Assembly (NCBI GenBank): GCA_964533945.1
Contig: CAZHPA010000005.1
Location: 18,213 to 82,212 of the forward strand
Origin: an uncultured Defluviitaleaceae bacterium
GTDB lineage: Bacteria; Bacillota; Clostridia; Lachnospirales; WRBF01
DNA length: 64,000 nucleotides
Reading direction: 5' to 3'
A program made the position numbers and the translations under genes. The notes under the pieces are model-generated. The model made no database searches. It saw only the letters and a list, made by a program, of their open reading frames with translations, and was not told the DNA's origin. Every line of letters starts with the position of its first letter. Position 1 is the stretch's first letter. Below are positions 9,415 through 19,614 of this stretch, piece after piece.

Positions 9415-9497
9415 GCAGTTGTGGCGGAATTGGCATACGCGCTAGACTAAGGATCTAGTGGTCCTAGACCTTGGGGGTTCGAGTCCCCCCAACTGCA
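9415..9497 (+). tRNA. tRNA-Leu, anticodon AAG (type II, long variable arm)
   Basis: Hand-folded cloverleaf: acceptor gcagttg/caactgc, anticodon stem ctaga/tctag, loop c-t-AAG-g-a (9447-9453), T arm ggggg-ttcgagt-ccccc; no encoded CCA. Confidence 0.85.
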
Positions 9498-9509
9498 CGA
9501 ATATAGTAT

Positions 9510-9581
9510 GCACAAGTGGCTCAGTGGTAGAGCATCGCCTTGCCAAGGCGAGGGTCGCGGGTTCGAATCCCGTCTTGTGCT
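9510..9581 (+). tRNA. tRNA-Gly, anticodon GCC
   Basis: Acceptor gcacaag/cttgtgc, anticodon loop ttGCCaa, T loop ttcgaat. Confidence 0.9.
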
Positions 9582-9619
9582 GATTCTAAATTATTTTTTT
9601 AATATTTAGCTTTCAATTT

Positions 9620-9691
9620 TGGGCTGTCGCCAAGCGGTAAGGCACAGGACTTTGACTCCTGCAGTCGAAGGTTCGAATCCTTCCAGCCCAG
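9620..9691 (+). tRNA. tRNA-Gln, anticodon TTG
   Basis: Acceptor tgggctg/cagccca, anticodon stem cagga/tcctg, loop ctTTGac, T loop ttcgaat. Confidence 0.9.
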
Positions 9692-9734
9692 TTTTTCAAT
9701 CTCAAGTTCCCGTTATAAATAGGGAAGCATTTTT

Positions 9735-9777
9735 AAGACTTTAAAAGGCGAAAAGTTTTCCTTTTAAAGTCTTTTTT
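9735..9777 (+). terminator. rho-independent terminator after tRNA cluster
   Basis: 14-bp perfect stem aagactttaaaagg/ccttttaaagtctt followed by tttt. Confidence 0.7.
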
Positions 9778-9822
9778 ATGTCGAATTTTGAATTTTTAAT
9801 TTTTTAAATCGGAGGCTAATTT

Positions 9823-10320
9823 ATGTTAGGAAGGCTATATCCAAAAGCATATGTTGATTCTATATTTCATATAGACTACAAAAAACTTCATAAAGATGGC
9901 ATTAAAAACATTGTTTTCGATATAGACAATACGCTTGTTCCATATACCGAAAAAAAACCAACCGAAAAAATTATTAAACTATTTTCAAATCTTCAAAAAA
10001 TAGGCTTTAAAGTTTGTCTTCTTTCAAATAATAAAAAAGAGCGTGTTGAATTGTTTAACGAAGGTTTAATGCTTAAAGCTGTATATAAAGCAGGCAAGCC
10101 TTCTTCTAAAGGTATTAACAAAATGCTTTCAATGCTTAACGCAAACCCAAACGAAACAGCTTTAATAGGAGACCAAATTTTTACAGATGTTTGGTGTGGC
10201 AATAGAAAAGGGCTTTATACAATTTTGGTTAAGCCTGTTTCAACAAGTGATGAATTTACAGTTAGATTAAAAAGAGGCGTTGAAAAAATTGTTTTAAATT
10301 TATACTTAAACAAAACGTAA
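9823..10320 (+). CDS. yqeG: YqeG-family HAD-IIIA phosphatase
   Basis: NIVFDIDNTLVPY, LLSNN, GDQIFTDV motifs; conserved yqeG-aroE synteny of Firmicutes. Confidence 0.8.
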   Translation: MLGRLYPKAYVDSIFHIDYKKLHKDGIKNIVFDIDNTLVPYTEKKPTEKIIKLFSNLQKIGFKVCLLSNNKKERVELFNEGLMLKAVYKAGKPSSKGINKMLSMLNANPNETALIGDQIFTDVWCGNRKGLYTILVKPVSTSDEFTVRLKRGVEKIVLNLYLNKT

Positions 10321-10334
10321 AGAGGTGTTGCAAT

Positions 10335-11177
10335 TTGGAAATTAACGGCAAAACAAAAGTATGCGGTGTTATAGGCGACCCCATTTCGCATACTCTTTCC
10401 CCTAAAATTCACAATATGCTGGCAAGCTGCACAAATAACAATTTTGCCTATTTGCCGTTTCATGTTGAAGAGCAAAATTTAGAATGTGCCATTAAAGGAG
10501 CGTTTAGTTTAGGTATTTGCGGACTTAACGTAACGACTCCCCATAAAAAAAATATTATGCCTTTTTTATATAAACTAGATGACAGTGCGATGAAAGCTTT
10601 GGCTGTAAATACTATAAAATATACAAAAGACGGCTATATTGGCTATAACACCGATTGGATTGGGCTTTCGAGAACTCTTGAAAAAAATAATGTTTCTGTT
10701 TCCAAAAAAGATGTTGTTGTTTTAGGAGCCGGCGGAAGTTCTTATGCAGCAGTTGTTTCTGCAATTAATAGCGGTGCTTCTAAAATTTTTGTTGTTAATA
10801 GAAATATTCAAACTGCAATTAAGCTTGCGTTGCATTTTAAAGACAATTGCAATGCAAATATAGATGTTTTGGATTATTCACGCCTAAGCGAAATTAAAAA
10901 CGTTGATATATTAATCCAAACAACATCGGTAGGGTTTTCAAAACAAGAACAACTTTCCCCTATAAACGATTTAAGCTTTTTTAAAAAAGTTAAAGTTGCC
11001 ATAGATTTTATTTATAATCCTTGGGAAACAAAGTTTTTAAAAGACGCTAAATCATTCGGCTGTTATGCAATTAATGGTTTTGATATATTGTTTTTTCAAG
11101 CTGTTGCTGCTTATGAAATTTTTAACGACTTAACAGTTTGTAAAAATGTTATTGATGAAATTTATAAGCAACTGTGA
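10335..11177 (+). CDS. aroE: shikimate dehydrogenase
   Basis: TTG start after AGAGGTG RBS; VIGDPISHTLSPKIHN and GAGGSSYA motifs. Confidence 0.9.
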   Translation: MEINGKTKVCGVIGDPISHTLSPKIHNMLASCTNNNFAYLPFHVEEQNLECAIKGAFSLGICGLNVTTPHKKNIMPFLYKLDDSAMKALAVNTIKYTKDGYIGYNTDWIGLSRTLEKNNVSVSKKDVVVLGAGGSSYAAVVSAINSGASKIFVVNRNIQTAIKLALHFKDNCNANIDVLDYSRLSEIKNVDILIQTTSVGFSKQEQLSPINDLSFFKKVKVAIDFIYNPWETKFLKDAKSFGCYAINGFDILFFQAVAAYEIFNDLTVCKNVIDEIYKQL

Positions 11178-11250
11178 TATACTATTTTAGATTTCTGTGC
11201 TTCTAAGATGATAGTATTTTTGAAACAATAAAATTTAGGAGGTTCATTTT

Positions 11251-11520
11251 ATGCCAATATTAAAAAATTATATGGAAGTTTGTGTTGAAGACCAAATTGA
11301 AGCAGTTTTAAAACAAATTAATTGCTGTTCATGCGAAAATTGCCAGCTTGATATTACAGCAATTGCATTAAATTCGCTTCCTCCAAAATACGTTGTAACA
11401 AGAAAAGGGCAATTTTATACAAAGCTTTCGGGTTTGCAGCAGCAATTTGATGTTGATGTTATTGCAGCCATAACGAAAGCGGCAGAAATTGTTAGCAGAA
11501 GCCCGCGCCATGAAGAATAA
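11251..11520 (+). CDS. ComFB-domain protein (late competence development protein ComFB family)
   Basis: CCSCENCQLDITAIALNSLPPKYV matches the Cys-rich ComFB pattern; embedded in the shikimate operon. Confidence 0.75.
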   Translation: MPILKNYMEVCVEDQIEAVLKQINCCSCENCQLDITAIALNSLPPKYVVTRKGQFYTKLSGLQQQFDVDVIAAITKAAEIVSRSPRHEE

Positions 11521-12019
11521 AAATATAGTCTTAATAGGCTTTATGTGTTGTGGCAAAACAACGTTGGGGAATGAATTGGCAAATTCTATCGGGTATAAGT
11601 TTTTAGACATTGACGATGAAATTGTTAAGCTTGCAAATATGAACATTCCCCAAATTTTTGAAAATTATGGGGAATGTTATTTTAGAAAACTTGAAAATCA
11701 AGTTGTTAAAAACATTAGAAATGTTTCTAATGCAGTTATTTCTTGCGGCGGCGGAATTGTTAAAAATAAAGAAAATATAAATATTTTAAAAGAAAATGGA
11801 ATTGTTGTTTTTATAGATGCCAACACGGACAAGCTTTTTAAAAACTACAAAGAAAGCAACACCTTAAGACCGCTTTTGCAAACAGATAATGTTAAGCAAA
11901 CAATTGAAAATTTGTTAAATGAGCGAATGCCCTTATATTTAAGTTGCTGTGATATTAAAATTGATGTTTCAAATTTTGATATTGCACAAAGTATTAATGC
12001 TTTAAAGGAGCTAATATGA
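11510..12019 (+). CDS. aroK: shikimate kinase
   Basis: MKNKNIVLIGFMCCGKTT P-loop. ATG 11510 overlaps the comFB stop; the track start 11489 is probably too long. Confidence 0.9.
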   Translation: MKNKNIVLIGFMCCGKTTLGNELANSIGYKFLDIDDEIVKLANMNIPQIFENYGECYFRKLENQVVKNIRNVSNAVISCGGGIVKNKENINILKENGIVVFIDANTDKLFKNYKESNTLRPLLQTDNVKQTIENLLNERMPLYLSCCDIKIDVSNFDIAQSINALKELI

Positions 12020-12444
12020 AAAAAATTAAAGTTATTCATGGTGCAAATTTAAACTTCCTAGGCATAAGAGAAAAACAAATATATGGCGAAAACAACCTTC
12101 AATATATAAACGAAAAAATTGCAGAAAAAGCAAAACAATTAAATTTAGATGTTTCATGCTTCCAATCAAACTTGGAAGGGGAAATAATTAATTGCTTACA
12201 GCAATGCTATTTTGAAAAATTTGATGGCATTATAATTAATCCCGGAGCTTTCACTCATTATAGCTATGCTGTACGTGATGCAATAGCTTCAATAAATATT
12301 AAAACTATAGAAGTTCATATTTCAAACGTCTATAGCCGTGAGGAATTTAGGAAAACATCAGTTATTGCCCCTGTTTGCGTTGGGCAAATTAGCGGCTTTG
12401 GGGTTAATTCATATTTATTAGCGCTTTCAGCTTTAAATCTATAA
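12016..12444 (+). CDS. aroQ: type II 3-dehydroquinate dehydratase
   Basis: IHGANLNFLGIREKQIYG and HISNVYSREEFR motifs; ATGA overlap with aroK. Confidence 0.92.
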   Translation: MKKIKVIHGANLNFLGIREKQIYGENNLQYINEKIAEKAKQLNLDVSCFQSNLEGEIINCLQQCYFEKFDGIIINPGAFTHYSYAVRDAIASINIKTIEVHISNVYSREEFRKTSVIAPVCVGQISGFGVNSYLLALSALNL

Positions 12445-12469
12445 TATATAATTAAGGAGGAATTTATTT

Positions 12470-13027
12470 ATGATTTCAGCAGGTGAATTTAGAAACGGAA
12501 TTACATTTGAATTTGATGGGGGTATATTTGTTATTTTAGATTTTCAACATGTTAAGCCTGGAAAAGGAGCGGCTTTTGTTAGAACTAAAATTAAAAATTT
12601 AGTTACAGGAAGCACAGTTGAACGTACATTCCGTCCAACAGAAAAAATGCCGAAAGCCCATATAGACCGCTTGGATATGCAGTATTTATATTCAGACGGC
12701 GAATTATTTCACTTTATGGATACAGAAACTTTTGAACAATCAGCAATTAATGCAAGCGACGTTGGCGACACTTTAAAATTTGTTAAAGAAAACGAAATGG
12801 TTAAAATACTTTCACATAATGGCAAAGTTTTTGGCATTGAACCTCCAACATTCGTTGAACTTATAGTTATAGATACAGAACCGGGCTTTAAAGGCGATAC
12901 AGCAACAGGCGCAACAAAACCAGCAGTTGTTGAAACGGGAACAACCGTTAATGTTCCGCTATTTATTAACGTTGACGATAAAATTAAAATAGACACACGC
13001 ACAGGCGAATATTTAAGCAGAGCATAA
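12470..13027 (+). CDS. efp: elongation factor P
   Basis: [18 protein letters not shown] motif, 185 aa. Confidence 0.95.
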   Translation: MISAGEFRNGITFEFDGGIFVILDFQHVKPGKGAAFVRTKIKNLVTGSTVERTFRPTEKMPKAHIDRLDMQYLYSDGELFHFMDTETFEQSAINASDVGDTLKFVKENEMVKILSHNGKVFGIEPPTFVELIVIDTEPGFKGDTATGATKPAVVETGTTVNVPLFINVDDKIKIDTRTGEYLSRA

Positions 13028-13049
13028 AATTTAGCAAGGAGGTAGTTTA

Positions 13050-13409
13050 TTGCAATTTTTATATGAAAAAGTTGCCTACCTTAAAGGTTTGGCAGAGGGA
13101 TTAGAAATAGATTCAAGAACAAAAGAAGGCAAGCTTTTAATTGCAATTATTGATACGCTTTCTGAATTTGCAGATGCAGTAACGTTTTTAACAGAAGGAA
13201 ACGAAGCATATGAGCTTGAACAAGAAACTAAAGAATTTAATGCCCTAAACTGCTATGCAGACGATGAAATAAGCGGAGTTGGGTGTGTTTGTCCTAATTG
13301 TGGAAAATCTATAGAAATAAAAGAAACTATGGAAACAACACTTGAACAAAGAAAAATTGTATGCCCCGAATGCTTAGAGCCAATTATTTTTATTCAGGAA
13401 AAATTATAG
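13050..13409 (+). CDS. small zinc-ribbon protein (CD1247 N-terminal domain type), function unknown
   Basis: TTG start after AAGGAGG; CPNCG ... CPEC pair. Confidence 0.6.
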   Translation: MQFLYEKVAYLKGLAEGLEIDSRTKEGKLLIAIIDTLSEFADAVTFLTEGNEAYELEQETKEFNALNCYADDEISGVGCVCPNCGKSIEIKETMETTLEQRKIVCPECLEPIIFIQEKL

Positions 13410-13431
13410 AAATCTATAAAAATTTATAAAA

Positions 13432-13452
13432 GGGGACGTTTTAGGCGTCCCC
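13432..13452. terminator. bidirectional hairpin between convergent genes
   Basis: ggggacg-ttttagg-cgtcccc. Confidence 0.55.
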
Positions 13453-13465
13453 CAAAACATATAAA

Positions 13466-13852
13466 TTAAATAACAATGTTTGAAAATAAACTTGGTAGCG
13501 TATATGGTGTAATTTCTTTTATATTTAAATTTTCGCAAGCACATTTTACGGTGCTTTTATCTATGTTATATATGTATGCAATATCTTCAGCCGAATATGT
13601 ATATGGCGAATTGCATTCCATTTCACGTTTAAAAAGCTTGCATATTTCGCTGCTTCCATGCTTCATAACTTTGAAAAAAGATTTTGAATCAATTGCTTCA
13701 ATTCTTTCTTTTTGCATTATATGTTCAAGTTCTTCCGCCGATATACTTAAAACATTCGAAGCTTCACATAATTCTATGTTGCCTTCATTAGTTTTTATTA
13801 GCAAATCTATTTCTTTAAGCTTTGGACGTATGTAATAAGTATAGTATTCCAA
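13466..13852 (-). CDS. hypothetical protein
   Basis: 128-aa ORF with balanced composition; the overlapping + strand ORF 13476-13835 is Ser/Leu/Phe-rich, as expected for an antisense artefact. Confidence 0.5.
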   Translation of the reverse strand: MEYYTYYIRPKLKEIDLLIKTNEGNIELCEASNVLSISAEELEHIMQKERIEAIDSKSFFKVMKHGSSEICKLFKREMECNSPYTYSAEDIAYIYNIDKSTVKCACENLNIKEITPYTLPSLFSNIVI

Positions 13853-14000
13853 ATATGTTTTAATAACTTTCGCCCCCCGATTTAACTTGCATTTTCTTTT
13901 AAGAAATAATGCGGTTAAATTTATAATATCATAATGGGTACAATAATAATAGATGAAATTGCTGGAATAGCAGAATAGCTAAATAGCTTTAAAGAAAAAG

Positions 14001-14504
14001 GTGTTTGACTTGAATATTATTCAAAAATATTTTAAATATAGGCAAAGTTTAATAGACCAATATGTAAAAGGGGATATGACGAAAAGCGAATACTTATCAA
14101 AAAATTTAGATGCAGTTTTAGAATTGAATATAAAGCCTTTTAAAAATGTTGATAATGTTGAAAAAGCACTATTTAACTACCAATATTACAACGCTATGGC
14201 AAAATATGAAAAAATGAATTGTGAACCTAATAACAAAGAATATATTAATTATTACTATAGCAAAAAAGATAAAGCGACGCTTTCAATTTTAAAACTTATA
14301 GAATATGAAAATGTTGTATCGTATATTATTAAAGTAAATTCTAAATATTTAAAAAATTCGCTTTGCGAAATTGTGTTAAACGACTATAATATGATTTTGC
14401 ATTCTGCAAATAAAGTGATAATTGAAAATTTGAAAAGAGAAGGCGTTTTTCTGCCCGAAGTTAGAAAATCCGTCATAGATGGATATATTAACCAAAAATA
14501 TTAA
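14001..14504 (+). CDS. hypothetical protein
   Basis: 167-aa ORF, no recognised motif. Confidence 0.5.
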   Translation: MFDLNIIQKYFKYRQSLIDQYVKGDMTKSEYLSKNLDAVLELNIKPFKNVDNVEKALFNYQYYNAMAKYEKMNCEPNNKEYINYYYSKKDKATLSILKLIEYENVVSYIIKVNSKYLKNSLCEIVLNDYNMILHSANKVIIENLKREGVFLPEVRKSVIDGYINQKY

Positions 14505-14514
14505 GGAGAATTTT

Positions 14515-14796
14515 ATGATTGTCGGAACTTGTAAAGTATATATGTTTGCCGAATGGGTATATTCATTAAAGGAGAAACGCACAATTGTCAAAAGCATTAC
14601 AGATAAAGTTAAAGCCAAATTTAACGTTTCTATTGCAGAAATTGAAAACCAAGACATTCATAAAAATATTGTAATAGGATTTACTTGCGTAACAAATAAA
14701 ACAGAACATGCAAACAGCATAATTCAAAATGTTATTAACTATATTGAAAATACAGCAGATGCCGTTGTTTCTGATGTTGTTATAGAAATTTTTTAA
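14515..14796 (+). CDS. DUF503 (YlxP-like) protein
   Basis: ATG 14515 after AAGGAG; MIVGTCKVYMFAEWVYSLKEKR...IAEIENQD pattern. Confidence 0.7.
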   Translation: MIVGTCKVYMFAEWVYSLKEKRTIVKSITDKVKAKFNVSIAEIENQDIHKNIVIGFTCVTNKTEHANSIIQNVINYIENTADAVVSDVVIEIF

Positions 14797-14873
14797 AAGC
14801 TATAGATTTTAGCTTTATGCTATGTTATAATCATCTGATGTTAAATTGACAATTTTTAGGGAGGAAATAATTA

Positions 14874-16160
14874 ATGGAAATGGAAAGAGTTTCGGAAAAT
14901 AAGGTGAAATTAAGTTTCTCTGTTTCGCCTGAAAGATTTGAAGAGGGGCTTAAATATTCATATAATAAAAATAAATCTAAATTAAGAGTTCAAGGATTTA
15001 GAAGCGGAAAAGTTCCAAGAAAAATTATTGAAATGCAATATGGTAAAGAAATTCTTTTTGAAGATGCTATAGATTTTGTTTTAGGCGACGCTTACGAAGA
15101 TGCAATTTCAAAATTCGACCTTGAAGTTGTTTCTAAACCAAATATTCAAATTTTAGAAGTTTCAACTGAAAACGGAGCTTCCTTTTCTGCAGAAGTTTAT
15201 GTTAAGCCAAAAGCTTCTATAGAGCAGCAAGATTACAAAGGTGTTACATACACTTTAACGGACACAACAGTTTCAGACGGCGAAATTGATAAAGAAATTG
15301 ATATTGCAAGAAATAAAAACGCAAGAGTAATGACTATTATAGAAAGACCGGTTAAATTAAACGATATAGTTAAAATTGACTTTAAAGGATATATAGACGA
15401 CGTTCCTTTTGAAAACGGCGAAGGCAAAGACTTTGAACTTGTTATTGGCTCTAAAACATTTATAGATACTTTCGAAGAACAAATAATTGGGCATTCGCTA
15501 AACGAAAGCATTGATGTTAACGTAACTTTCCCAGAAAACTATCACGTTACTGAATTAAGTGGCAAGCCTGCTGTTTTTAAAGTTACTATTAACGACATTA
15601 GAGAAAAAGAGCTTCCAGAAGCAAACGACGATTTTGCACAAGACGTTTCAGAATTTGAAACATTTGCCGAATACCGTGAAAACATTAAACAAAAGCTGCA
15701 ACAAATTAAAGAAAATAAAGCGGCAAAAGATAAAGAAGACCAAATTATGGGCAAAATAATTGAAAAATCGGTTGTAGATGTTCCGCAAGTTATGATTGAA
15801 AATACAGCTCAAAATATGGTTTATGAATTTGAAATGAGGCTTAAATCACAAGGCGTTACAATGGACGCATATTTAGAATACACAGGCGAAACTAAAGAAG
15901 AAATTTTAAAAAGACACTTAAAACCAGCAGAAATGCAAGTTAAAGGAAGGCTTGCCCTTGAAGCTGTTGCGGAAAGCGAAGGCTTTGAAGTTACTGAAAA
16001 AGATGTTAAAGATGAATATGAAAAAATAGCTAAAAATTATAATATGGATATAGAAAAAGTTGCCGCAATGTTTTCTGAAAAAGATGTTTTAGTATTGAAA
16101 AACGATTTAAAAGTTAATAAAGCTTTTGAACTTGTTATGGAAAATGCTGTTGCTGTTTAA
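14874..16160 (+). CDS. tig: trigger factor
   Basis: VQGFRSGKVPRKIIE signature, FKBP-type middle domain, position upstream of clpP-clpX. Confidence 0.93.
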   Translation: MEMERVSENKVKLSFSVSPERFEEGLKYSYNKNKSKLRVQGFRSGKVPRKIIEMQYGKEILFEDAIDFVLGDAYEDAISKFDLEVVSKPNIQILEVSTENGASFSAEVYVKPKASIEQQDYKGVTYTLTDTTVSDGEIDKEIDIARNKNARVMTIIERPVKLNDIVKIDFKGYIDDVPFENGEGKDFELVIGSKTFIDTFEEQIIGHSLNESIDVNVTFPENYHVTELSGKPAVFKVTINDIREKELPEANDDFAQDVSEFETFAEYRENIKQKLQQIKENKAAKDKEDQIMGKIIEKSVVDVPQVMIENTAQNMVYEFEMRLKSQGVTMDAYLEYTGETKEEILKRHLKPAEMQVKGRLALEAVAESEGFEVTEKDVKDEYEKIAKNYNMDIEKVAAMFSEKDVLVLKNDLKVNKAFELVMENAVAV

Positions 16161-16210
16161 TTTTTATTTAATATTTAATAAGAAAAAGCAAACACAAAAG
16201 GAGGCTTAAT

Positions 16211-16795
16211 ATGAGTTTAGTACCATATGTAATTGAGCAAACAAACAGAGGCGAACGCTCATACGACATTTACTCAAGGCTTTTAAAAGACAGAATAATA
16301 TTTTTAGGCGAAGAAGTTACAGATGTTTCTGCAAGCGTTGTTGTTGCACAGCTTTTATTTTTAGATGCCGAAGACCCCGATAAAGACATTAATTTGTATA
16401 TTAACAGTCCCGGCGGTTCTGTTACGGCAGGGTTTGCAATTTACGATACAATGCAGCACATTAAAGCAGACGTTTCAACTATTTGTATTGGTTTGGCGGC
16501 AAGCATGGGTTCATTTTTACTTGCTGGCGGAACAAAAGGTAAAAGATATGCTTTGCCAAATTCTGAAATTTTAATTCATCAGCCGCTTGGCGGAGCAAGA
16601 GGTCAAGCATCAGATATTCAAATTCAAGCAGAGCATATTATTAGAAGCAAAAAAAGATTAAACACAATACTTTCTCAAAACACGGGCAAATCTTTAGAAG
16701 CAATTTACAGAGATACAGACCGTGATTACTATATGACAGCAGAAGAAGCTAAAGATTATGGCTTAATTGATGCCGTTATAACTAAGCGCTTATAA
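16211..16795 (+). CDS. clpP: ATP-dependent Clp protease proteolytic subunit
   Basis: [32 protein letters not shown]. Confidence 0.97.
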   Translation: MSLVPYVIEQTNRGERSYDIYSRLLKDRIIFLGEEVTDVSASVVVAQLLFLDAEDPDKDINLYINSPGGSVTAGFAIYDTMQHIKADVSTICIGLAASMGSFLLAGGTKGKRYALPNSEILIHQPLGGARGQASDIQIQAEHIIRSKKRLNTILSQNTGKSLEAIYRDTDRDYYMTAEEAKDYGLIDAVITKRL

Positions 16796-16850
16796 TTTTA
16801 AACCCCTAAAACCTTTGTTTTAGGGTATTGCATAGGGGGCTATAAATTAA

Positions 16851-18158
16851 ATGACTTCAAAATCTGATGAAAAGCGATTTCTGCGTTGTTCCTTTTGTGC
16901 AAAAGCTCAAGAACAAGTTGAAAAGCTAATTGCCGGACCAAATATATATATATGTAACGAATGCGTTGAACTATGTTATGATATGCTTATTGAAGAAGGC
17001 TTGGAAGCTAAAAATGCAGTATACAACAACGATTTTAGAGTTCCAACACCTAAAGAAATAAGAGATTTTTTAGATGAATATGTTGTTGGGCAAGATGATG
17101 CTAAAAAGGCACTTTCTGTTGCTGTTTACAATCACTATAAACGGGTTGCAATGAATGAATATTCAGAAGATATTGAGCTTCAAAAAAGTAATATTTTAGT
17201 TGTTGGCCCAACAGGCGTAGGCAAAACGTTTCTTGCTCAAACTTTAGCAAAAATACTAGATGTTCCGTTTGCAATTGCAGACGCAACAAGTTTAACAGAA
17301 GCAGGCTATGTTGGCGAAGATGTTGAAAACATTTTGTTAAAATTAATTCAAGCGGCAGACTACGACATTGAACGTGCCGAACGTGGAATTATTTATGTTG
17401 ACGAAATTGACAAAATTGCTCGTAAATCTGATAATCCTTCAATAACAAGAGATGTTAGCGGCGAAGGTGTTCAGCAGGCGCTTTTAAAAATTTTAGAAGG
17501 AACTGTTGCTTCTGTTCCTCCTCAAGGTGGCAGAAAACACCCTCATCAAGACTTTCTTCAAATTGACACAACAAATATTTTATTTATTTGCGGCGGAGCT
17601 TTTGGTGGGCTCGACAAAATAGTAGAACAAAGATTAAATAAAAAAGTAATTGGTTTTGGTGCTGAATATAAAAGCAAAAAAGAAAAAGTTGAAAATGAAA
17701 TTGAAATAATGAGAGAATTGCAACCTCAAGACTTGCTAAAATATGGCTTAATTCCTGAATTTGTAGGAAGACTTCCTGTTTTAATAACGTTAAGCAGCCT
17801 TGACGAAAAAGCGCTTTTGGCAATTTTAACAGAACCAAGAAACGCTTTAGCTAAACAATATAAATATTTATTTGAGCTTGACAACGTTAAACTTGAATTT
17901 GAGCAAGATGCATTAATTGCCGTTGCAAACCTTGCAATTGAAAGAGGAACCGGCGCAAGAGGGCTTAGAGCAATTGTTGAAAACTTTATGACAAACATTA
18001 TGTTTGAAATTCCATCAAACAATACAATAGAAAAAGTTATAATTAATAAAGATACAGTTGAAAATAAAGCAATGCCTGAAATAATATATAATGAAAATCG
18101 CCAACCTTTAGTACGCAAGCAAAAACACAAAAAGCAACGCAAATTTTCGGCTTCGTAA
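16851..18158 (+). CDS. clpX: ATP-dependent Clp protease ATP-binding subunit ClpX
   Basis: N-terminal CSFC..CNEC zinc finger, GPTGVGKT Walker A. Confidence 0.97.
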   Translation: MTSKSDEKRFLRCSFCAKAQEQVEKLIAGPNIYICNECVELCYDMLIEEGLEAKNAVYNNDFRVPTPKEIRDFLDEYVVGQDDAKKALSVAVYNHYKRVAMNEYSEDIELQKSNILVVGPTGVGKTFLAQTLAKILDVPFAIADATSLTEAGYVGEDVENILLKLIQAADYDIERAERGIIYVDEIDKIARKSDNPSITRDVSGEGVQQALLKILEGTVASVPPQGGRKHPHQDFLQIDTTNILFICGGAFGGLDKIVEQRLNKKVIGFGAEYKSKKEKVENEIEIMRELQPQDLLKYGLIPEFVGRLPVLITLSSLDEKALLAILTEPRNALAKQYKYLFELDNVKLEFEQDALIAVANLAIERGTGARGLRAIVENFMTNIMFEIPSNNTIEKVIINKDTVENKAMPEIIYNENRQPLVRKQKHKKQRKFSAS

Positions 18159-18250
18159 AATTTAGCTCTTGACAAGATATGGTATAATATATTTAGCTCT
18201 TATTCTGTAATTTTAGGATAAGGGCTAAAAAAATTTAAAGGAGAGTTGAA

Positions 18251-19612
18251 ATGATACCGTATAAAACGTATTTATCAGAAAATGAACTTCCTAAAGCTTG
18301 GTATAATTTAAGGGCAGATTTAAAAGAGCAGCCCCAACCATTTCTTAATCCCCAAACTAAAAAACCTGTAACACCTGATGAACTTCGACCTGTATTTTGT
18401 GACGAAATAATTGAACAGGAAATGAATATAAAAGACAGATTTATTGAAATACCAAAACCTATACTTGACTTTTACAAAATGTATCGTCCTTCGGCTTTGG
18501 TTAGAGCATACTGTCTTGAAGATGCACTTGGAACACCAGCACACATATATTATAAATTTGAAGGAGCAAATACAAGCGGCTCACATAAGCTAAATTCAGC
18601 CGCTGCTCAAGTATATTATGCAAAACAACAAGGAATTACAAATCTTGCAACTGAAACTGGAGCAGGCCAATGGGGAACGGCTCTTTCTATGGCTTGTGCC
18701 TTTTTTGGTGTTAATTTGCAAGTTTTTATGGTTAAAGTTTCAAGTGAACAAAAGCCATATAGAAAAGCTGTTATGGAAACATACGGTGCAAAAATTACGC
18801 CTTCACCATCAAATACTACCATTGTTGGAAGGAAGATTTTAGAAGAAAATCCAAGCACAGGCGGTTCATTAGGCTGCGCTATAAGTGAAGCTATTGAATA
18901 TGCAACAAAAACCGAAAATTGCCGTTATGTTTTAGGAAGTGTTTTAAATCATGTATTGCTGCATCAAAGCGTTATTGGGCTTGAAGTTAAAGCGGCATTA
19001 GATAAATATGAAATAATCCCCGATGTAATAATTGGCTGTGCGGGCGGTGGTTCTAATTTAGGGGGATTAATGTCGCCATTTTTGGCAGATAAAATAAACG
19101 GTAAATCGAATACAAAATTTATAGCTGTAGAACCAGCTTCATGTCCTTCATTAACAAGAGGAAAATATGCCTATGATTTCGGCGATACAGGCAAAATGAC
19201 ACCGTTAATAAAAATGTATACTATTGGCAGCGGTTTTATACCTTCTCCAAACCATGCCGGTGGGCTTAGGTATCATGGCATGAACTCTATCATTTCAAAG
19301 CTATACCATGATGGGTATATTGAAGCAGTTTCTGCTGAACAAACTAAAGTTTTTGATGCCGCTACGCTTTTTGCAAGAAGTGAAGGAATACTTCCTGCGC
19401 CCGAATCTTCACATGCAATTAAGGTTGCAATTGATGAGGCGTTAAAATGTAAAGAAACAGGAGAACATAAAAATATTATTTTTGGATTGTCTGGCACAGG
19501 CTATTTTGATTTAGGGGCATATATGAGCTATAACAACAAGTCTATGACAGACTTTATACCTACAGACAAGCAACTGGAAGAAGGCTTTAAAACGCTTCCT
19601 GTTTTAGATTAA
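18251..19612 (+). CDS. TrpB-like PLP-dependent enzyme (tryptophan synthase beta type 2 family)
   Basis: YYKFEGANTSGSHKLNSA, TETGAGQWGTALS; 453 aa with the long N-terminal extension typical of TrpB2. Confidence 0.8.
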   Translation: MIPYKTYLSENELPKAWYNLRADLKEQPQPFLNPQTKKPVTPDELRPVFCDEIIEQEMNIKDRFIEIPKPILDFYKMYRPSALVRAYCLEDALGTPAHIYYKFEGANTSGSHKLNSAAAQVYYAKQQGITNLATETGAGQWGTALSMACAFFGVNLQVFMVKVSSEQKPYRKAVMETYGAKITPSPSNTTIVGRKILEENPSTGGSLGCAISEAIEYATKTENCRYVLGSVLNHVLLHQSVIGLEVKAALDKYEIIPDVIIGCAGGGSNLGGLMSPFLADKINGKSNTKFIAVEPASCPSLTRGKYAYDFGDTGKMTPLIKMYTIGSGFIPSPNHAGGLRYHGMNSIISKLYHDGYIEAVSAEQTKVFDAATLFARSEGILPAPESSHAIKVAIDEALKCKETGEHKNIIFGLSGTGYFDLGAYMSYNNKSMTDFIPTDKQLEEGFKTLPVLD

Positions 19613-19614
19613 TT

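Noticed and set aside
13476-13835. Plus-strand 119-aa ORF overlapping the minus-strand ORF 13466-13852
   Set aside because: Its Ser/Leu/Phe/Ile-rich low-complexity composition is typical of an antisense frame. The minus-strand product has protein-like composition.
17726-18175. 149-aa minus-strand ORF antisense to clpX, and similar antisense ORFs in topB (22000-22455), EF-G (28531-29028), the capsid gene (44757-45275) and murA (56823-57239)
   Set aside because: All lie wholly inside confidently identified conserved genes on the other strand and lack RBS or recognisable motifs.
18159-18250. Possible T-box or attenuator upstream of the TrpB-like gene (direct repeat atttagctctt x2 and an 11-bp hairpin)
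   Set aside because: The region is only 92 nt, far too short for a T-box, and the hairpin is followed by an A run rather than a U tract. It is more likely the clpX terminator region plus an extended -10 promoter (TGgTATAAT).
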